The translations under genes were made by a program, and so were the position numbers. Of a stretch of 64,000 nt of DNA, positions 32,354-43,749 are shown piece after piece. The notes beneath the pieces were generated by a model that ran no database searches, was not told the DNA's origin, and saw only the letters and a list, made by a program, of their open reading frames with translations. The DNA lies in contig CBDCEW010000102.1 of NCBI GenBank assembly GCA_965215885.1, positions 64,001 through 128,000 of the forward strand, read 5' to 3'. The DNA comes from Candidatus Moanibacter sp. Lineage in GTDB: Bacteria > Verrucomicrobiota > Verrucomicrobiia > Opitutales > UBA2987. Positions within the stretch are counted from its first letter, which is position 1, and each line of letters begins with the position of its first letter.

Positions 32354-33112
32354 ATGAGCGCCTTTGAAATCAACAATCTGAATATTGAAGTGGGAGAGAA
32401 ACTCATTGTAAAGGACCTGTCGCTCAGGGTGCCTAAAGGGGAGGTCCACGCTCTGATGGGCCCAAACGGTTCGGGAAAGAGCACGCTGGCAAAGGCTCTT
32501 GCCGGTCACGAGGATTATGTGATCAAAGGAGGTGAAGCCCTACTCGACGGCCAGAACATCATCGGCTGGGAACCGGATGAGATCGCCCGAGCCGGACTCT
32601 TTATGGCCTTTCAATACCCCAATGAGATTCCGGGTGTGAGCATTGCCAATTTTATCCGAGCCGCCATCACGGCCCGCCTAGAGGAGGGCGAGGAGTTGGA
32701 TGTCGCGCAGTACTATCGACGTCTTTACGAAAAGATGGACATGCTCCAAATTGATCGCAAGTTCACTTCCCGTTCCGTTAACGAAGGCTTTTCCGGTGGG
32801 GAGAAAAAGCGCGGCGAAATCCTTCAAATGGCGATGCTGGACCCCAAGTACGCCATAATGGACGAAACCGACAGCGGGCTCGATATCGACGCTTTGAAAA
32901 TCGTCGCCGCGGGGGTCAACGCCATGCGGGGACCGAATAGAGGCATGCTTGTAATCACGCACTATCAGCGGCTCCTGAATTATATTGAGCCGGAGGTTGT
33001 CCACGTGATGTGGGATGGCGGCATCGTCCTCAGTGGCGGCAAAGAGCTTGCTTTGGAACTCGAAGAAAGGGGATACGACTGGGTGAAGGAAGAACTCGTC
33101 GCTGCCGTTTAA
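32354..33112 (+). CDS. sufC: Fe-S assembly ATPase SufC
   Basis: [29 protein letters not shown]. Confidence 0.96.
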   Translation: MSAFEINNLNIEVGEKLIVKDLSLRVPKGEVHALMGPNGSGKSTLAKALAGHEDYVIKGGEALLDGQNIIGWEPDEIARAGLFMAFQYPNEIPGVSIANFIRAAITARLEEGEELDVAQYYRRLYEKMDMLQIDRKFTSRSVNEGFSGGEKKRGEILQMAMLDPKYAIMDETDSGLDIDALKIVAAGVNAMRGPNRGMLVITHYQRLLNYIEPEVVHVMWDGGIVLSGGKELALELEERGYDWVKEELVAAV

Positions 33113-33232
33113 TCGCTTCGGGTTTAATTCCCCGAAGCTTGCTTCGTTTCTAATTCATAAATTAATATCAAATGCCTCGGGGCTTCTCTTTACTCCACAG
33201 GATATTAAACGTTCTAAGAGAATAGGGAAAAA

Positions 33233-34639
33233 ATGCTAGAGACACCTACCATAGACATTGATCGAGAGAGAGGAAACTTCCGGTATGCCGAGGACTACAG
33301 CTTCGACGCGGGATACGGCCTCAATGAAGATACGATTCGTTACATTTCCGATGTTAAAAAAGAGGATGATTGGGTACGGGACTTCCGCTCCAAGGCGCTG
33401 CGAATCTTTGAAAGTAAGCCCATGCCGACACACTGGGCCTCCAGGGACCTTGAGAATATCGAATTCTCCAAGATCCGCTACTATCTGGCCAAAGGGCAAC
33501 AACCGAGCCGAAGTTGGGAGGAGGTGCCCGACGATGTAAAAGAGACTTTTGAGAGACTTGGGATTCCCGAGCAGGAGCGTAGGTTTCTAGCTGGGGTGGA
33601 GGCCCAATTTGACAGTGAGGCGGCCTATTCCAACGTAAAAGAAAGACTGACTAAGCAAGGGGTGATTTTTATCGGATCGACGGAAGGGTTGAAGGAACAT
33701 CCGGAAATCTTCCGTCGCTTCTTCGGCAAAGTTATCCCTATTGCCGACAACAAGTTCTCCGCTCTAAACAGTGCTGTCTTCAGCGGGGGCAGCTTTATAT
33801 ATGTGCCGCCCGGCGTTAAGGTGGATCAACCCTTGCAGGCCTATTTCCGGATAAATGCGGAGAACTTTGGCCAATTTGAAAGGACTCTGATTATCGCTGA
33901 TGAAGGCGCCGAAGTTACCTATATGGAAGGGTGCACGGCGCCGAAATTTGAAACGACGACCCTGCACAGCGCCGTCGTAGAACTTGTCGCTCTGAGAGGT
34001 GCTAATATTCAGTATATCACCGTGCAGAACTGGTCCAACAATGTCTTCAACCTCGTGACCAAGCGCGGACTGGCAATGGAAGAGGCGAAAATCAAATGGA
34101 TAGACTGTAACATTGGAAGTCGCCTCACTATGAAATACCCGGGAGTCGTTCTAAAAGGGCGTAAATCGCGTGGCGAAGTGCTCTCGATCGCTCTCGCGAA
34201 CGATGGCCAACACCAGGATACAGGCGCCAAAATGGTCCATGCCGCAGACGAAACGACTTCGAATATTACCTCAAAGAGCATCAGTGTGGGAGAGGGGCGT
34301 GCCACCTATCGCGGAGTCGTTCATATGCCGAAGCATCTGAAGAATTGTAGGAATAACACCGAATGTGACGCGCTTCTCATAAACTCAAACAGCCGAACAG
34401 ACACCTATCCGGCAATAACGGTTCGAGGAGATGGTAATTCCGTGCAACATGAAGCGAGCGTCTCGAAAATGAGCGCTGAACAGATCTTTTACATGATGCA
34501 ACGAGGGCTTAATGAAGGTGAGGCCATGAGCCTGGCCGTAAATGGATTTGTCAATGACCTCATTCGCCAATTCCCGATGGAATACAGCGTCGAACTCAAG
34601 AGGCTGATCGACATCGAAATGGAGGGCTCGGTAGGGTGA
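33233..34639 (+). CDS. sufB: Fe-S assembly protein SufB
   Basis: [29 protein letters not shown]-terminus. Confidence 0.96.
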   Translation: MLETPTIDIDRERGNFRYAEDYSFDAGYGLNEDTIRYISDVKKEDDWVRDFRSKALRIFESKPMPTHWASRDLENIEFSKIRYYLAKGQQPSRSWEEVPDDVKETFERLGIPEQERRFLAGVEAQFDSEAAYSNVKERLTKQGVIFIGSTEGLKEHPEIFRRFFGKVIPIADNKFSALNSAVFSGGSFIYVPPGVKVDQPLQAYFRINAENFGQFERTLIIADEGAEVTYMEGCTAPKFETTTLHSAVVELVALRGANIQYITVQNWSNNVFNLVTKRGLAMEEAKIKWIDCNIGSRLTMKYPGVVLKGRKSRGEVLSIALANDGQHQDTGAKMVHAADETTSNITSKSISVGEGRATYRGVVHMPKHLKNCRNNTECDALLINSNSRTDTYPAITVRGDGNSVQHEASVSKMSAEQIFYMMQRGLNEGEAMSLAVNGFVNDLIRQFPMEYSVELKRLIDIEMEGSVG

Positions 34640-34700
34640 GTTAACTCTCCCTCTGTCCCGGCGTTCCTATCCCCTCAAGGCGGGGTAATGAGATTCCAAA

Positions 34701-36047
34701 ATGGCTCACATTAAGGTGGGGGAGGGTAGATCATCGGCGACGACCGGCGAGATTTTAAGTGCGGATGCGTTCCAGCGCCACCTTGCCTGCTTGCGAAATG
34801 CTCCCGGATGGGTCGCCCGATTAAAGAAAGAACAGCGGGAACGGTTTGACGAGCTTCCGCTTCCCGTCCGAACCGACGAAAAGTGGCGTTTCTCCAACAC
34901 TCGTAATCTCTCTTTAGACGGCTTCGAGCTAGCAAATGAAGGTTGTGCCATCGAAAAATCCTCCCTCCTGGATATCTCACCCTACTCCGCGAAATCGGCC
35001 GGGAGACTCATCTTCGCAGACGATCAACTCATCTTGGAAGAGGCCCCGACGAAAGAGTTGCTGGGAAAAGGGGTAATTTGGACGAGCCTGAAGAAGGCAT
35101 TTTCCCGAGAGGGAGACCTTCTCCAGAGTTTTCTCATGAAATGGACACCGGACCTCGGTTCGGAGAAATTCCAAGCCCTCCATGGCGCCTTCTTGAGCAA
35201 CGGCACCCTGCTCTACGTGCCGAAAGGTGTTGAAATTGAATTGCCGTTCATCATTCGACATTGGGGATGTAATGACGGAGTGGCGCTCTTTCCCCACACC
35301 CTCGTGATCGCCGAAGATAACGCCCGGGTCACCCTAGTCGATTATTTCGAGAATCGAGTAGCCGACACCCGCCATTTCGTTTGCGGGTTGGCTAGTATCA
35401 TCGCCGGTCGCGGCTCTCAGGTATTTTACAAGGCCGTCCAGGATTGGAACCTGAATACCTTGTCCTTTCACCTGAACTCCGTGACTGCCAAGCGTGACTC
35501 TAACGTAAAGACGGTTATGTTGAATCTGGGCTCCCGGCAAACACGGAATGAACACCACACCCGTATCGTGGGAGAAGGCTCTAACGTGGAGAGCTATTCC
35601 TTAAGCATACCAACCGGCACACAGGAATTTGACCAGCGCACTCTTCAGACACACAGCGCCCCCCATGCCCGTTCCGATGTCCTCTACAAGAATGCCCTCA
35701 TGGAAGACTCCCGTACCATATTTTCCGGTCTCATTCATGTGGACCGGATCGCTCAGCAGACCGACGCCTACCAGACAAACCGAAACCTTCTTCTTAGTGA
35801 TACCGCGGAGGCCAATTCCCTACCCGGCCTCGAGATTTTAGCTAACGACGTGAAATGTAGTCATGGCGCCACTACTGGAAAACTTGACGCAGATCAGCTC
35901 TATTACCTTTTAGCGCGAGGAATCCACAGGCCGGTGGCGCAGCAGCTTCTTGTCTTTGGATTTCTCGAGGAGATCATTGATAAACTGGACAACGAACAAT
36001 TGAGGGATAACGTGCGAATACTCATTCAACAGAAATTGCGAAAGTAA
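34701..36047 (+). CDS. sufD: Fe-S assembly protein SufD
   Basis: [37 protein letters not shown]. Confidence 0.93.
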   Translation: MAHIKVGEGRSSATTGEILSADAFQRHLACLRNAPGWVARLKKEQRERFDELPLPVRTDEKWRFSNTRNLSLDGFELANEGCAIEKSSLLDISPYSAKSAGRLIFADDQLILEEAPTKELLGKGVIWTSLKKAFSREGDLLQSFLMKWTPDLGSEKFQALHGAFLSNGTLLYVPKGVEIELPFIIRHWGCNDGVALFPHTLVIAEDNARVTLVDYFENRVADTRHFVCGLASIIAGRGSQVFYKAVQDWNLNTLSFHLNSVTAKRDSNVKTVMLNLGSRQTRNEHHTRIVGEGSNVESYSLSIPTGTQEFDQRTLQTHSAPHARSDVLYKNALMEDSRTIFSGLIHVDRIAQQTDAYQTNRNLLLSDTAEANSLPGLEILANDVKCSHGATTGKLDADQLYYLLARGIHRPVAQQLLVFGFLEEIIDKLDNEQLRDNVRILIQQKLRK

Positions 36048-36048
36048 G

Positions 36049-36609
36049 ATGAACTCAGCGGAGAGCAAGTTACTGACCAGGGATTGTCATGCTACGGTTG
36101 TTCCTTCCGGGGAATCGGTAACCATTCCGGAAGGGACCAACGTCTACATAACCCATCGGCTTGGTGGGAATTACACTGTACAGTGGGCTATGGGAATGGC
36201 TCGCATTTCAGGGGAAGACGGTGATGCCCTGGGAGAGGAGATCATGACTGAGGCGAAACCCACTGCGGCGTCCGGAGAGGCTCACCAGGGTCCTCCAGAT
36301 GGCGCCGCGGTTTGGGATCGGCTGAAAGAAGTTTTTGATCCCGAAATTCCTGTGAACATTGTCGATCTGGGACTCATCTATTCGATGGAAGTCAAGGAAC
36401 ATGACGAAAATGGTGAGTATGAAGTCGAAGTGCAGATGACCCTTACCGCTCCCGGGTGTGGGATGGGTCCGGCAATCGCGGAGGACGCTAGGTCCAGGGT
36501 TATGCAGGTGCCGGGAGTTGACCGCGCTTCCGTCGATCTCGTCTGGGACCCCCCTTGGCATCAGGATATGATATCGGAGGAGGGCAAGATGCAATTGGGT
36601 TTGATCTAA
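36049..36609 (+). CDS. sufT: Fe-S assembly protein SufT (DUF59)
   Basis: [31 protein letters not shown]. Confidence 0.88.
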   Translation: MNSAESKLLTRDCHATVVPSGESVTIPEGTNVYITHRLGGNYTVQWAMGMARISGEDGDALGEEIMTEAKPTAASGEAHQGPPDGAAVWDRLKEVFDPEIPVNIVDLGLIYSMEVKEHDENGEYEVEVQMTLTAPGCGMGPAIAEDARSRVMQVPGVDRASVDLVWDPPWHQDMISEEGKMQLGLI

Positions 36610-36653
36610 TACCCGTTCATGTAGTAGATAATACCGATAAAATACGTAATCGA

Positions 36654-37256
36654 ATGAACGATTTCAAAAATATGCTTAATGAGGATGCCGGGGAGAAGGA
36701 CCTACAGAAGGGCATTGACCAAATAATGCAGAAGAAATTCCTCGAAGAGAGGAAGATTTTTCTTTGGGGAGAAATCGACGATAAGACCTGCCAGGATGTC
36801 ACCGAAAAGCTTCTCTATCTGGAGACCACGGATCCGGGGAAAGAAATTACTGTGTATCTGAATACTCCGGGTGGATCGGTCACCGCTGGAATGGCTGTGT
36901 ATGATACCATGGAACTCATCGGTTCACCTGTTAAGGTTGTTGTTACAGGCATTGCCGCAAGCATGGGTGCCATCCTGCTCTGTGCAGCTCAAAAGGGGAA
37001 GCGATTTTTATTTCCCAACTCGCGTTTACTCATCCATCAGCCACTCATGCACGGACGTATGATGGCAGCGGCAATCGACATTCACATTCAGGCTCAGGAG
37101 TTCGAAAAGACACGCGAACAGATCAACAGAATCCTTGCCGACGCTTCTGGACAACCTTTGGAGAAAATCCAGCAGGATACTGACCGAGACTTTTATATGT
37201 CAGCTGAGGAAGCCATCGCCTACGGACTCGCGGACTCCATCGTGGCGGAAATCTAA
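36654..37256 (+). CDS. clpP: ATP-dependent Clp protease proteolytic subunit
   Basis: NTPGGSV, AASMG, IHQP, DTDRDF catalytic triad motifs; start at ATG 36654. Confidence 0.93.
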   Translation: MNDFKNMLNEDAGEKDLQKGIDQIMQKKFLEERKIFLWGEIDDKTCQDVTEKLLYLETTDPGKEITVYLNTPGGSVTAGMAVYDTMELIGSPVKVVVTGIAASMGAILLCAAQKGKRFLFPNSRLLIHQPLMHGRMMAAAIDIHIQAQEFEKTREQINRILADASGQPLEKIQQDTDRDFYMSAEEAIAYGLADSIVAEI

Positions 37257-37273
37257 GTCCGACAGATTCCTAG
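37247..37273. repeat. MITE family A terminal fragment spanning two convergent stop codons
   Basis: ggaaatctaagtccgacagattcctag matches 53319-53345. Confidence 0.65.
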
Positions 37274-37710
37274 ATCCAGAACTGCCACCACTTTTTCGTC
37301 GCTCGCTTCCTCCGGACCTCGCGGTACCATTCCTGCCCGCTCATCAATTCTCCAACCCATGAGGAGAAAGAGAATCCCTGCCTGAAACGATCGATTTCTT
37401 CAGGGTCGAATTGTTCCATTTCGTGAGTAATTGCGAAAACCGGGGAATCGTCTCTCGCAAGATCGACGAAATAGACATCCCCTGCGCGATTTCCCCCGAT
37501 GACGAAGAGTGATTCCGGCCAATTATTGCCCCGAAATCCAGATTCCCTGAATTCCCGGTTCACGCGGTAGATTAGATCGAGATCCTCGTAGAGCAAGGGT
37601 TCCTCCCCATCTCCGGTAAGAGGGAAATCCAGCAAGGTCGATTTGTAGTCTTCCGGCAACCGGATTCTCAACCCCGATTCTATAGCCGATAACTTTTCCT
37701 CGTTGTTCAC
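37270..37710 (-). CDS. SMI1/KNR4 (SUKH) family protein
   Basis: IESGLRIRLPEDYK, FVIGGNRAGDVYFVD; KKWWQFW tail. Confidence 0.8.
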   Translation of the reverse strand: MNNEEKLSAIESGLRIRLPEDYKSTLLDFPLTGDGEEPLLYEDLDLIYRVNREFRESGFRGNNWPESLFVIGGNRAGDVYFVDLARDDSPVFAITHEMEQFDPEEIDRFRQGFSFSSWVGELMSGQEWYREVRRKRATKKWWQFWI

Positions 37711-37711
37711 G

Positions 37712-37812
37712 TTAGCCCGCTTTTCTCACAGATTTCCTAGAACACTGTCACGACAAATGGTTCTTTGCGACACTCCGCAGTACGGCAGAGCCAGCCGAGA
37801 AAAGCGGGCTAG
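37712..37812. repeat. MITE family D copy
   Basis: TIRs ttagcccgcttttctc / gagaaaagcgggctag; a second end at 21866-21879. Confidence 0.7.
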
Positions 37813-39428
37813 GGCGTGCTGAGGCGTGCGCTCCACTCCACCGATAAGGGGAGATCTCCGATTCTGCGGGCTAGTTCCTTGCCTTTTTTCATGAATTCGT
37901 CTCTCAGCGGCTTTGGAAGGCCGGGACTGTCGATCAGATTTCGATAGATCACGACGGCGACGCGAACCTCTCCGTGGGCAACTAGCAGGTCGGCGATTCC
38001 CTTTGCCGGCAACCAATCGTCACTCGAAAAGTAGGAGATATACTCGGCAAAACGCAAAGTGCTTACTGCCTGATTTCTTTGTCCCGAAGCGAGATAGGCT
38101 TTGCCCAATTCCAATCCGAGAGCGAGACCCGGACTCTCACGGAACCCCCTCTCTCCCCATTCGATCGTCTCCGTGAACCTGCCTTCGGCACGCAGCAAAC
38201 GCATTTTTCGAATAAAGGCATACTGGCCAAGCGCCATTTGTTCTTCACCAAGTCGGGCAAGCTGTTCCTCGAGGTCGACTTTAAATGGTTGATAAAGTGG
38301 GTCTCCTAAAAGCACTGCCTGCCAACTCAATGTGGGGAGGGCGTAATAGGCAGCGTCTCCCAAATTCATCCCCTCGACTATTGCGCTTACGAATGCGTCC
38401 AGGTGGTGCGTAAACTCGAGGTAAGGTTCAGCGACATTTCCCAAAGTTGCGGTGACCCCCCGTGAGATAAACGGACCACACCAGGATTTTTTCGGATCTC
38501 TTAGGGTAGAGGCCGACGTGCTGTGAATATGAACGGCGATGGCGCCGGGTGGAAAGCGAAAGCCCGGGTTGAGAAAGGGCCCGTTGACGCTATGCGCGTA
38601 CCAGCCGAAATAGAGGGCCGGCGCATCGAACCGATCTGTCTGACCAAAGTTTCGCGCAGACGTCTCCGCGGAGTGGTCGTAACCGAGAGGCCTGATGGTC
38701 GAAGCAACCGTGTCCAGCCACTCGTCGCCCTTTCGGTGACGTCCGCCACTGTCGACATAAGTTCTCCCCATTAATCCCTTTTTTTCAGCAATCAAAGCTC
38801 CATCAATCATTCCTTTCACCGCGGTTACGCTGGGACCATCCAAACGGGCAACCTTTATGACCTGTTGTTGCTCGTAGATACTTGGATTTCTTCTGCGAAA
38901 CAGCGGATTCGCCACCAATCCGGTTATCGCGTGTTCGGACATTGCCATCAACGCGAGTTCAGCATCAACAGAAGAGCGATTTATTCTGAATGCCTCCTGG
39001 ACTTCGCTCGCGGCTTCCCGCTTTAGTCGCTCCGGATCATTTTCAATCTTCAGAGGCACTCCTCGGCAAAGAACCAGATATCCGATTCTGTGCCCCGTAA
39101 TTCCAAACCTCCGGCGACCAACGCTATCGAAAAGATCGCTCGCTACGGCTTCAATCCATTCTTTTTCGACGAGCTCGGACAACAATGGATTGTAGATTTC
39201 AGCGAGAAATGTTGACCAGCTTATGGTCTCATCTTTGGGAGTCGATATGAGCAGAAGATTAGCCTTTGGGATCTTGCGCTTCTCCTGATAATGCCGGGCC
39301 AGTAGAATGGAATTCTCGTCGTCCTCGTTGGCAACAATTACGACGTTCTCTTCATTCCCTGCCTTCCCGAGTAACGGAATCAGAACCAATATCAATGTGA
39401 TTGTTTTCCTCGGCACGGCGATTCTCAT
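37809..39428 (-). CDS. TIGR03790-like exported protein with C-terminal TPR-like helices
   Basis: VVIVANE..NS..LARHY, SVDAELA, VARLDGP, YFGWY, GNVAEPYL, GDPLYQPF. Confidence 0.8.
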   Translation of the reverse strand: MRIAVPRKTITLILVLIPLLGKAGNEENVVIVANEDDENSILLARHYQEKRKIPKANLLLISTPKDETISWSTFLAEIYNPLLSELVEKEWIEAVASDLFDSVGRRRFGITGHRIGYLVLCRGVPLKIENDPERLKREAASEVQEAFRINRSSVDAELALMAMSEHAITGLVANPLFRRRNPSIYEQQQVIKVARLDGPSVTAVKGMIDGALIAEKKGLMGRTYVDSGGRHRKGDEWLDTVASTIRPLGYDHSAETSARNFGQTDRFDAPALYFGWYAHSVNGPFLNPGFRFPPGAIAVHIHSTSASTLRDPKKSWCGPFISRGVTATLGNVAEPYLEFTHHLDAFVSAIVEGMNLGDAAYYALPTLSWQAVLLGDPLYQPFKVDLEEQLARLGEEQMALGQYAFIRKMRLLRAEGRFTETIEWGERGFRESPGLALGLELGKAYLASGQRNQAVSTLRFAEYISYFSSDDWLPAKGIADLLVAHGEVRVAVVIYRNLIDSPGLPKPLRDEFMKKGKELARRIGDLPLSVEWSARLSTP

Positions 39429-39446
39429 ATTTGGAGATTAACACTC

Positions 39447-40472
39447 TCAGTCCTTCGATTCCGCTCCAACCGATTTTCCCCTGAGTCGGTTAATTGTCCT
39501 CTGATACCGAAAAACCCCAGTTGCAATGGCTTGAGCGATGCGCTGGCGATAGGCCTGCGTCTTCAACATGCGCGCTTCTTTCGAATTCGTCACAAATGCG
39601 GCCTCGATGAGTAAACCCGGACATTCCAATGTGCGGAGGACATCCCAGCGACCACGCTTGAGGCCGCGATCGGGAGTCTTGAGGCTATTCGTCAGCTCAC
39701 GCTGCACGTAATAACCGACGAGCGTGCTCCATTCATTGTTGCGGTTTCCAGGATAGAACCTGCGGTCGCTGGCGCTTAACTTTGAGTTCTTCGTCGAGGG
39801 CTGGTTTCGGGGTGTAAAGGCATAAGTTTCCGATCCGTTCACACTCCCGGACGCAGTGCCGTTTAGGTGGACGCTCAGAAAAAGATCCGCCTTCAGTCGA
39901 TTTGCCAGACGTGGTCGCTCGTCGAGCCTGATAAAACGGTCGCTCTTTCGAGTATACTCCACTTCATAGCCCATATTCTGGAGAAGCAGCCCCAAACGCT
40001 GCGAGATATCGAGTACTAAGGTCTTCTCTTCCAATCCTTGCTTCTTGTTTTGCGTCCCCGGATCCTTTCCACCATGTCCGGCGTCAAGGACGATGCGGTA
40101 GAGTTTGGGCACCTTAGAATAGATCTGCGGTGTCAGGACTGGCGAAACTGTGTATTCCAAATCGAGCTTGCTGATATTGAGATCTCCTTGACGAAAGGCG
40201 ACCGGCGATCCGAGGTATACCCGTATCCCATTGATTCTGATATCGCGGTCATTTACTCGAAATTCCATCCGCGTCCAATCGCTCCGCAGGATCATCTGCT
40301 TTCCCATAACAACCCATTGCCTTTTCATCCCGAGTCGCTCGGCCACCGTCCGCAGACTCACATATTCCGTTCCATTTACTTTCAGGGTCGCACCATCGAG
40401 TGCTCCTATCAATCCCGCTATCGAGAATAGTAACACCGACCCATACCCGAGAACTTTCAGCTCTGTTCGCAC
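39447..40472 (-). CDS. N-acetylmuramoyl-L-alanine amidase (Amidase_3)
   Basis: LDAGHGGKDPG, FLSVHLN, LIEAAFVTN. Confidence 0.92.
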   Translation of the reverse strand: MRTELKVLGYGSVLLFSIAGLIGALDGATLKVNGTEYVSLRTVAERLGMKRQWVVMGKQMILRSDWTRMEFRVNDRDIRINGIRVYLGSPVAFRQGDLNISKLDLEYTVSPVLTPQIYSKVPKLYRIVLDAGHGGKDPGTQNKKQGLEEKTLVLDISQRLGLLLQNMGYEVEYTRKSDRFIRLDERPRLANRLKADLFLSVHLNGTASGSVNGSETYAFTPRNQPSTKNSKLSASDRRFYPGNRNNEWSTLVGYYVQRELTNSLKTPDRGLKRGRWDVLRTLECPGLLIEAAFVTNSKEARMLKTQAYRQRIAQAIATGVFRYQRTINRLRGKSVGAESKD

Positions 40473-40548
40473 TTATCCACCTTCAATATCAACCGTCTCC
40501 TCTTGTCTCTTGACTCGGAAACTCGATCTCAGTTTCATTTTCTTAATA

Positions 40549-40617
40549 CTAGGAGCCTGTCGGACGAGATTTGTCACTTGCACAGAAATCCGAAGACAAA
40601 GTCCGACAGTCTCCTGG
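40549..40617. repeat. MITE family A' copy
   Basis: ctaggagcctgtcggac ... gtccgacagtctcctgg. Confidence 0.7.
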
Positions 40618-40742
40618 CGCGGGTGGGACTTCACCCAACCGACACCCGGGTGGCTTTCCGGATAGTTTTCTCATCCGGGTGGTAGAAACGGTCGCAAGAA
40701 AAAGTCTGGGAGAATCAAATAGGGGCGGTCAGCTGCACCGGC

Positions 40743-41345
40743 TTATTCCTCTTGCCGTTCGTTATATTTTAGCGTGCGTCGGGCGACCGGCAAAGGACTC
40801 ACGAGCAGAATGATATTTCGACCTGCCATTTTCGGCTCTGCTTCCCCGCTACCGATGTGGGTAAGATCCTTTACCGCGCGATTAATTACGTCGAATCCCA
40901 ATTCCGTATGCTCCAACTCCCGCCCCCGAAACGACAGCGTCAATTTTACCTTATTACCTTTGTCGAGGAAATCTTCCGCCCGCCGCAACTTTACCATATA
41001 ATCATGCTGCTCGATACGAACGCGAAACTTTACCTCCTTTATCTTCGAAGTGGGATGCTTCTTGTTTTCTCTCCCTTTCTTCGATTGCTCATACTTATAC
41101 TTACCGAAATCCAGAATGCGGCATACCGGCGGCCTCGCGGTAGGTGAAATCTCGACCAAGTCCAGCCCCACCTGTCGGGCCAATTTGAGAGCTTCGGAAG
41201 TTTGCAGGATGCCTATCTGCTTCGCATCTGGCCCAATTACACGCACTTCACGGGAACGAATCCTCTCGTTCTTTCGAAGATACGGTTTCCGATGGTGACG
41301 CCGCCTGCCTCTGAAGCGGCCACCTGCGTGGGGAAATTTTGCCAT
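40743..41345 (-). CDS. infC: translation initiation factor IF-3
   Basis: NERIRSREVRVIG, LDLVEISP..RPPVCRILDFGKYKYE, FRGRE. Confidence 0.96.
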   Translation of the reverse strand: MAKFPHAGGRFRGRRRHHRKPYLRKNERIRSREVRVIGPDAKQIGILQTSEALKLARQVGLDLVEISPTARPPVCRILDFGKYKYEQSKKGRENKKHPTSKIKEVKFRVRIEQHDYMVKLRRAEDFLDKGNKVKLTLSFRGRELEHTELGFDVINRAVKDLTHIGSGEAEPKMAGRNIILLVSPLPVARRTLKYNERQEE

Positions 41346-41515
41346 CAACGCGTGATCACGTAATTAACTCATACCGCGTCTTCAGGCTACCCGTGCGTTC
41401 CGGGTTTTGTAATTTGCGAAATGTAAGCAGCGATAAAGTCTTCTCCTTAAGACCATGGGAAAGCGTCCTATTAAGATTCCCTCTCCATCGATTTACAACC
41501 TTTTTCATGAACGAA

Positions 41516-42979
41516 TCATTTCGCGCCCACACCGCTCAATACCACTGGTATGGTGCGAAATATTATGACCATGTCTAACCATAGACTCCACGAGTCGATG
41601 TATTCCAAATCGAGCTTTACCCACTCCGAAAAATCCGCGATCTCGTTTCGGCCTGAAACCTGCCACAATCCTGTCAGACCGGGCAACACACTATAACGGC
41701 GGTGATCCTTAAAAGCCTCGAAATTCTCGGTCTCGTATACCGGAAGTGGTCGCGGCCCTACCAAACTCATCTCTCCCTTTAAGACATTATGCAGCTGCGG
41801 CAATTCATCCAAACTGTAACGTCGAAGAAAACACCCCATCACTGTAACACGGGGATCGTCACTCAATTTGTATACAGGGCCCTTCATCTCGTTTCGCTGC
41901 ATGAGATCAGACTGTTCATCCTCCGCACCAGCTTTCATGGTGCGGAATTTATACATACTGAACGATTTCCCCCTCAACCCGGTCCGTCTCTGTGCATAAA
42001 CTGCCGGGCCTTTCGAAGTCGCTCTGATGAGAAATGCAATTAGAAGCAAGAGTGGACATAACAGCACGAGGAAAGTGGAGGAGACGACGACATCAAAAAG
42101 CCGTTTTGCGAAAACCTTTCCACCCAAATTGGGGGTCGTCTTGAATATGATCACGGGTTTGCCTCCGTATTCATCCACTTCCGGCCTTGAAAGAATTGGT
42201 GTCAAGATCTCCGCGAAATACCAGACATCTATTCCTTGCTCCTCCGCCGCGTTGAGAACTTTCTGCGTATTCTTCGACTCACTCACGAGCAGTCCCAGAA
42301 AAACAAAATCGTAGCTCCCTTTGGACAAAATATCGGCAAACTCATCGAGATTTCCAACTACGAGATTGCCCAGGTGGGCCGGCAGTTCATTCTTCGACCC
42401 CTCGGACAGCACTATTCCCTTAATCGTTATACCGGAGAGTTGCCGATCGGAAAACTCGGTCATTCGCGCTTCCGCGCTCTCGGTCGAACAGACTAACAAC
42501 GCCTCCAGCGGTCTTTTGCGATAATGCCTGTTCAAAAGATAGCTGCGCAGAAGGGTTTCCTTCGTGATGAGGTATAATAAAAATACGCCCGCAAATCCGA
42601 AAAAGAGGGAACGATTGACCTGAATTATGGAGAAAAAATAGAAAAAGACGGCTGTCATTCCCATCCCAATAGCCACACATTTCAAAGACTGAAAAACCAG
42701 TTTCGGCCATTTCGCAAACAGATCTATTTGATAGAAGCGGTTGAGCTTCAAAGCCGCGAACAGATTCAAGAGAATCACCAGAAACAGCCAGCCCTGTTCT
42801 TGCAAATGGGTTACCGTCTGGATATTAAAGGGGTAGCCGGTTGCCGCTCGCAGAAACTGTTGCCATTCTCTTCCGAATAAATGGAGGAAGAAGTAGACCG
42901 CTATCATCACCAGGATTCCACCCAGCACATCGATCAGGAAACTGATCTCTTCCAGCAATCGCTTTCTCCGTCCCAGCAT
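41516..42979 (-). CDS. exopolysaccharide polyprenyl glycosylphosphotransferase (WcaJ-like sugar transferase)
   Basis: KRLFD, YKFRTM, DPRVT, SLDELPQL, MSLVGPRP, PGLTGLWQVSGR. Confidence 0.92.
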   Translation of the reverse strand: MLGRRKRLLEEISFLIDVLGGILVMIAVYFFLHLFGREWQQFLRAATGYPFNIQTVTHLQEQGWLFLVILLNLFAALKLNRFYQIDLFAKWPKLVFQSLKCVAIGMGMTAVFFYFFSIIQVNRSLFFGFAGVFLLYLITKETLLRSYLLNRHYRKRPLEALLVCSTESAEARMTEFSDRQLSGITIKGIVLSEGSKNELPAHLGNLVVGNLDEFADILSKGSYDFVFLGLLVSESKNTQKVLNAAEEQGIDVWYFAEILTPILSRPEVDEYGGKPVIIFKTTPNLGGKVFAKRLFDVVVSSTFLVLLCPLLLLIAFLIRATSKGPAVYAQRRTGLRGKSFSMYKFRTMKAGAEDEQSDLMQRNEMKGPVYKLSDDPRVTVMGCFLRRYSLDELPQLHNVLKGEMSLVGPRPLPVYETENFEAFKDHRRYSVLPGLTGLWQVSGRNEIADFSEWVKLDLEYIDSWSLWLDMVIIFRTIPVVLSGVGAK

Positions 42980-43034
42980 ATTTTATGCGCCCTTGTATGC
43001 AAACACGCTTAACAGATATTCGACCGACACGCTC

Positions 43035-43412
43035 CTAGAGGCTGAAACTCTCCCCACAGGAGCAGCTGCTCTTCGCATTGGGGTTTGCGAATTTAAACCC
43101 ACCTGTAATCAGTTTTTGCGAATAGTCGAGTTCAGTTCCCTTTAGATAGAGCGCACTCTTGGAGTCAATCACCACACGGGCTCCGGCGGAGTCCACCATA
43201 ATATCGCCTCGCTTCGGTTCCTCAATGAATTTCAGCCGATAGGACAAGCCATTGCAACCGCCCCCCGTAATGGCAACCCGCAAGAGATCTCCTTCTCTCT
43301 CCCGTGCAGCGAGTTCACCGATTTTCTCCCCTGCAGCTGCAGTCAACAGGATGAGCTTTTCGTTTCCCTTACGGACGCCCTCAGGTAGGACCCTGGAATC
43401 TGACTCATTCAT
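43035..43412 (-). CDS. iscA: A-type Fe-S carrier (IscA/HesB family)
   Basis: GGGCNGLSY, NPNAKSSCSCGESF. Confidence 0.88.
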   Translation of the reverse strand: MNESDSRVLPEGVRKGNEKLILLTAAAGEKIGELAAREREGDLLRVAITGGGCNGLSYRLKFIEEPKRGDIMVDSAGARVVIDSKSALYLKGTELDYSQKLITGGFKFANPNAKSSCSCGESFSL

Positions 43413-43457
43413 TACTGAAAAGAAACAAATATAGGGAACTGATCGTGGATTTGCAAT

Positions 43458-43737
43458 CTAAGTACTCGAATTCGTAAATACGGTGATGTATGTGGGAGCG
43501 CCGTTGGGGGTAGTGCAAGGCGCGCCGGCGACGGACAGCCCTGGCGGGCTCTCCTCGTCGGCGCAACGCCGCAATACCCTCAATGCCGCCCCATCCCCTT
43601 GGGACCGGGCGCTTTTGGCGCTGGGCAGCGTTGGTCGAGTCGCCCAAGGCCTAATGGCCTGGCACGACTCGACCGCCTCCCCCAGAATCCAAAATCGCCT
43701 CGGCATACATCATCGTATTTACGAATTTGAGTACTAA
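43458..43737. mobile_element. MITE family C, full-length (~280 bp)
   Basis: 32-bp TIRs agtactcgaattcgtaaatacggtgatgtatg / catacatcatcgtatttacgaatttgagtact; no transposase; remnants at 5370 and 30582. Confidence 0.85.
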
Positions 43738-43749
43738 ATTCGCGCACCG

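Noticed and set aside
43405..43737. Small ORFs in the MITE-C, MITE-A and MITE-B regions and in the IS110 left end (e.g. 51383-51877)
   Set aside because: They are chance frames over repeats or the bridge RNA
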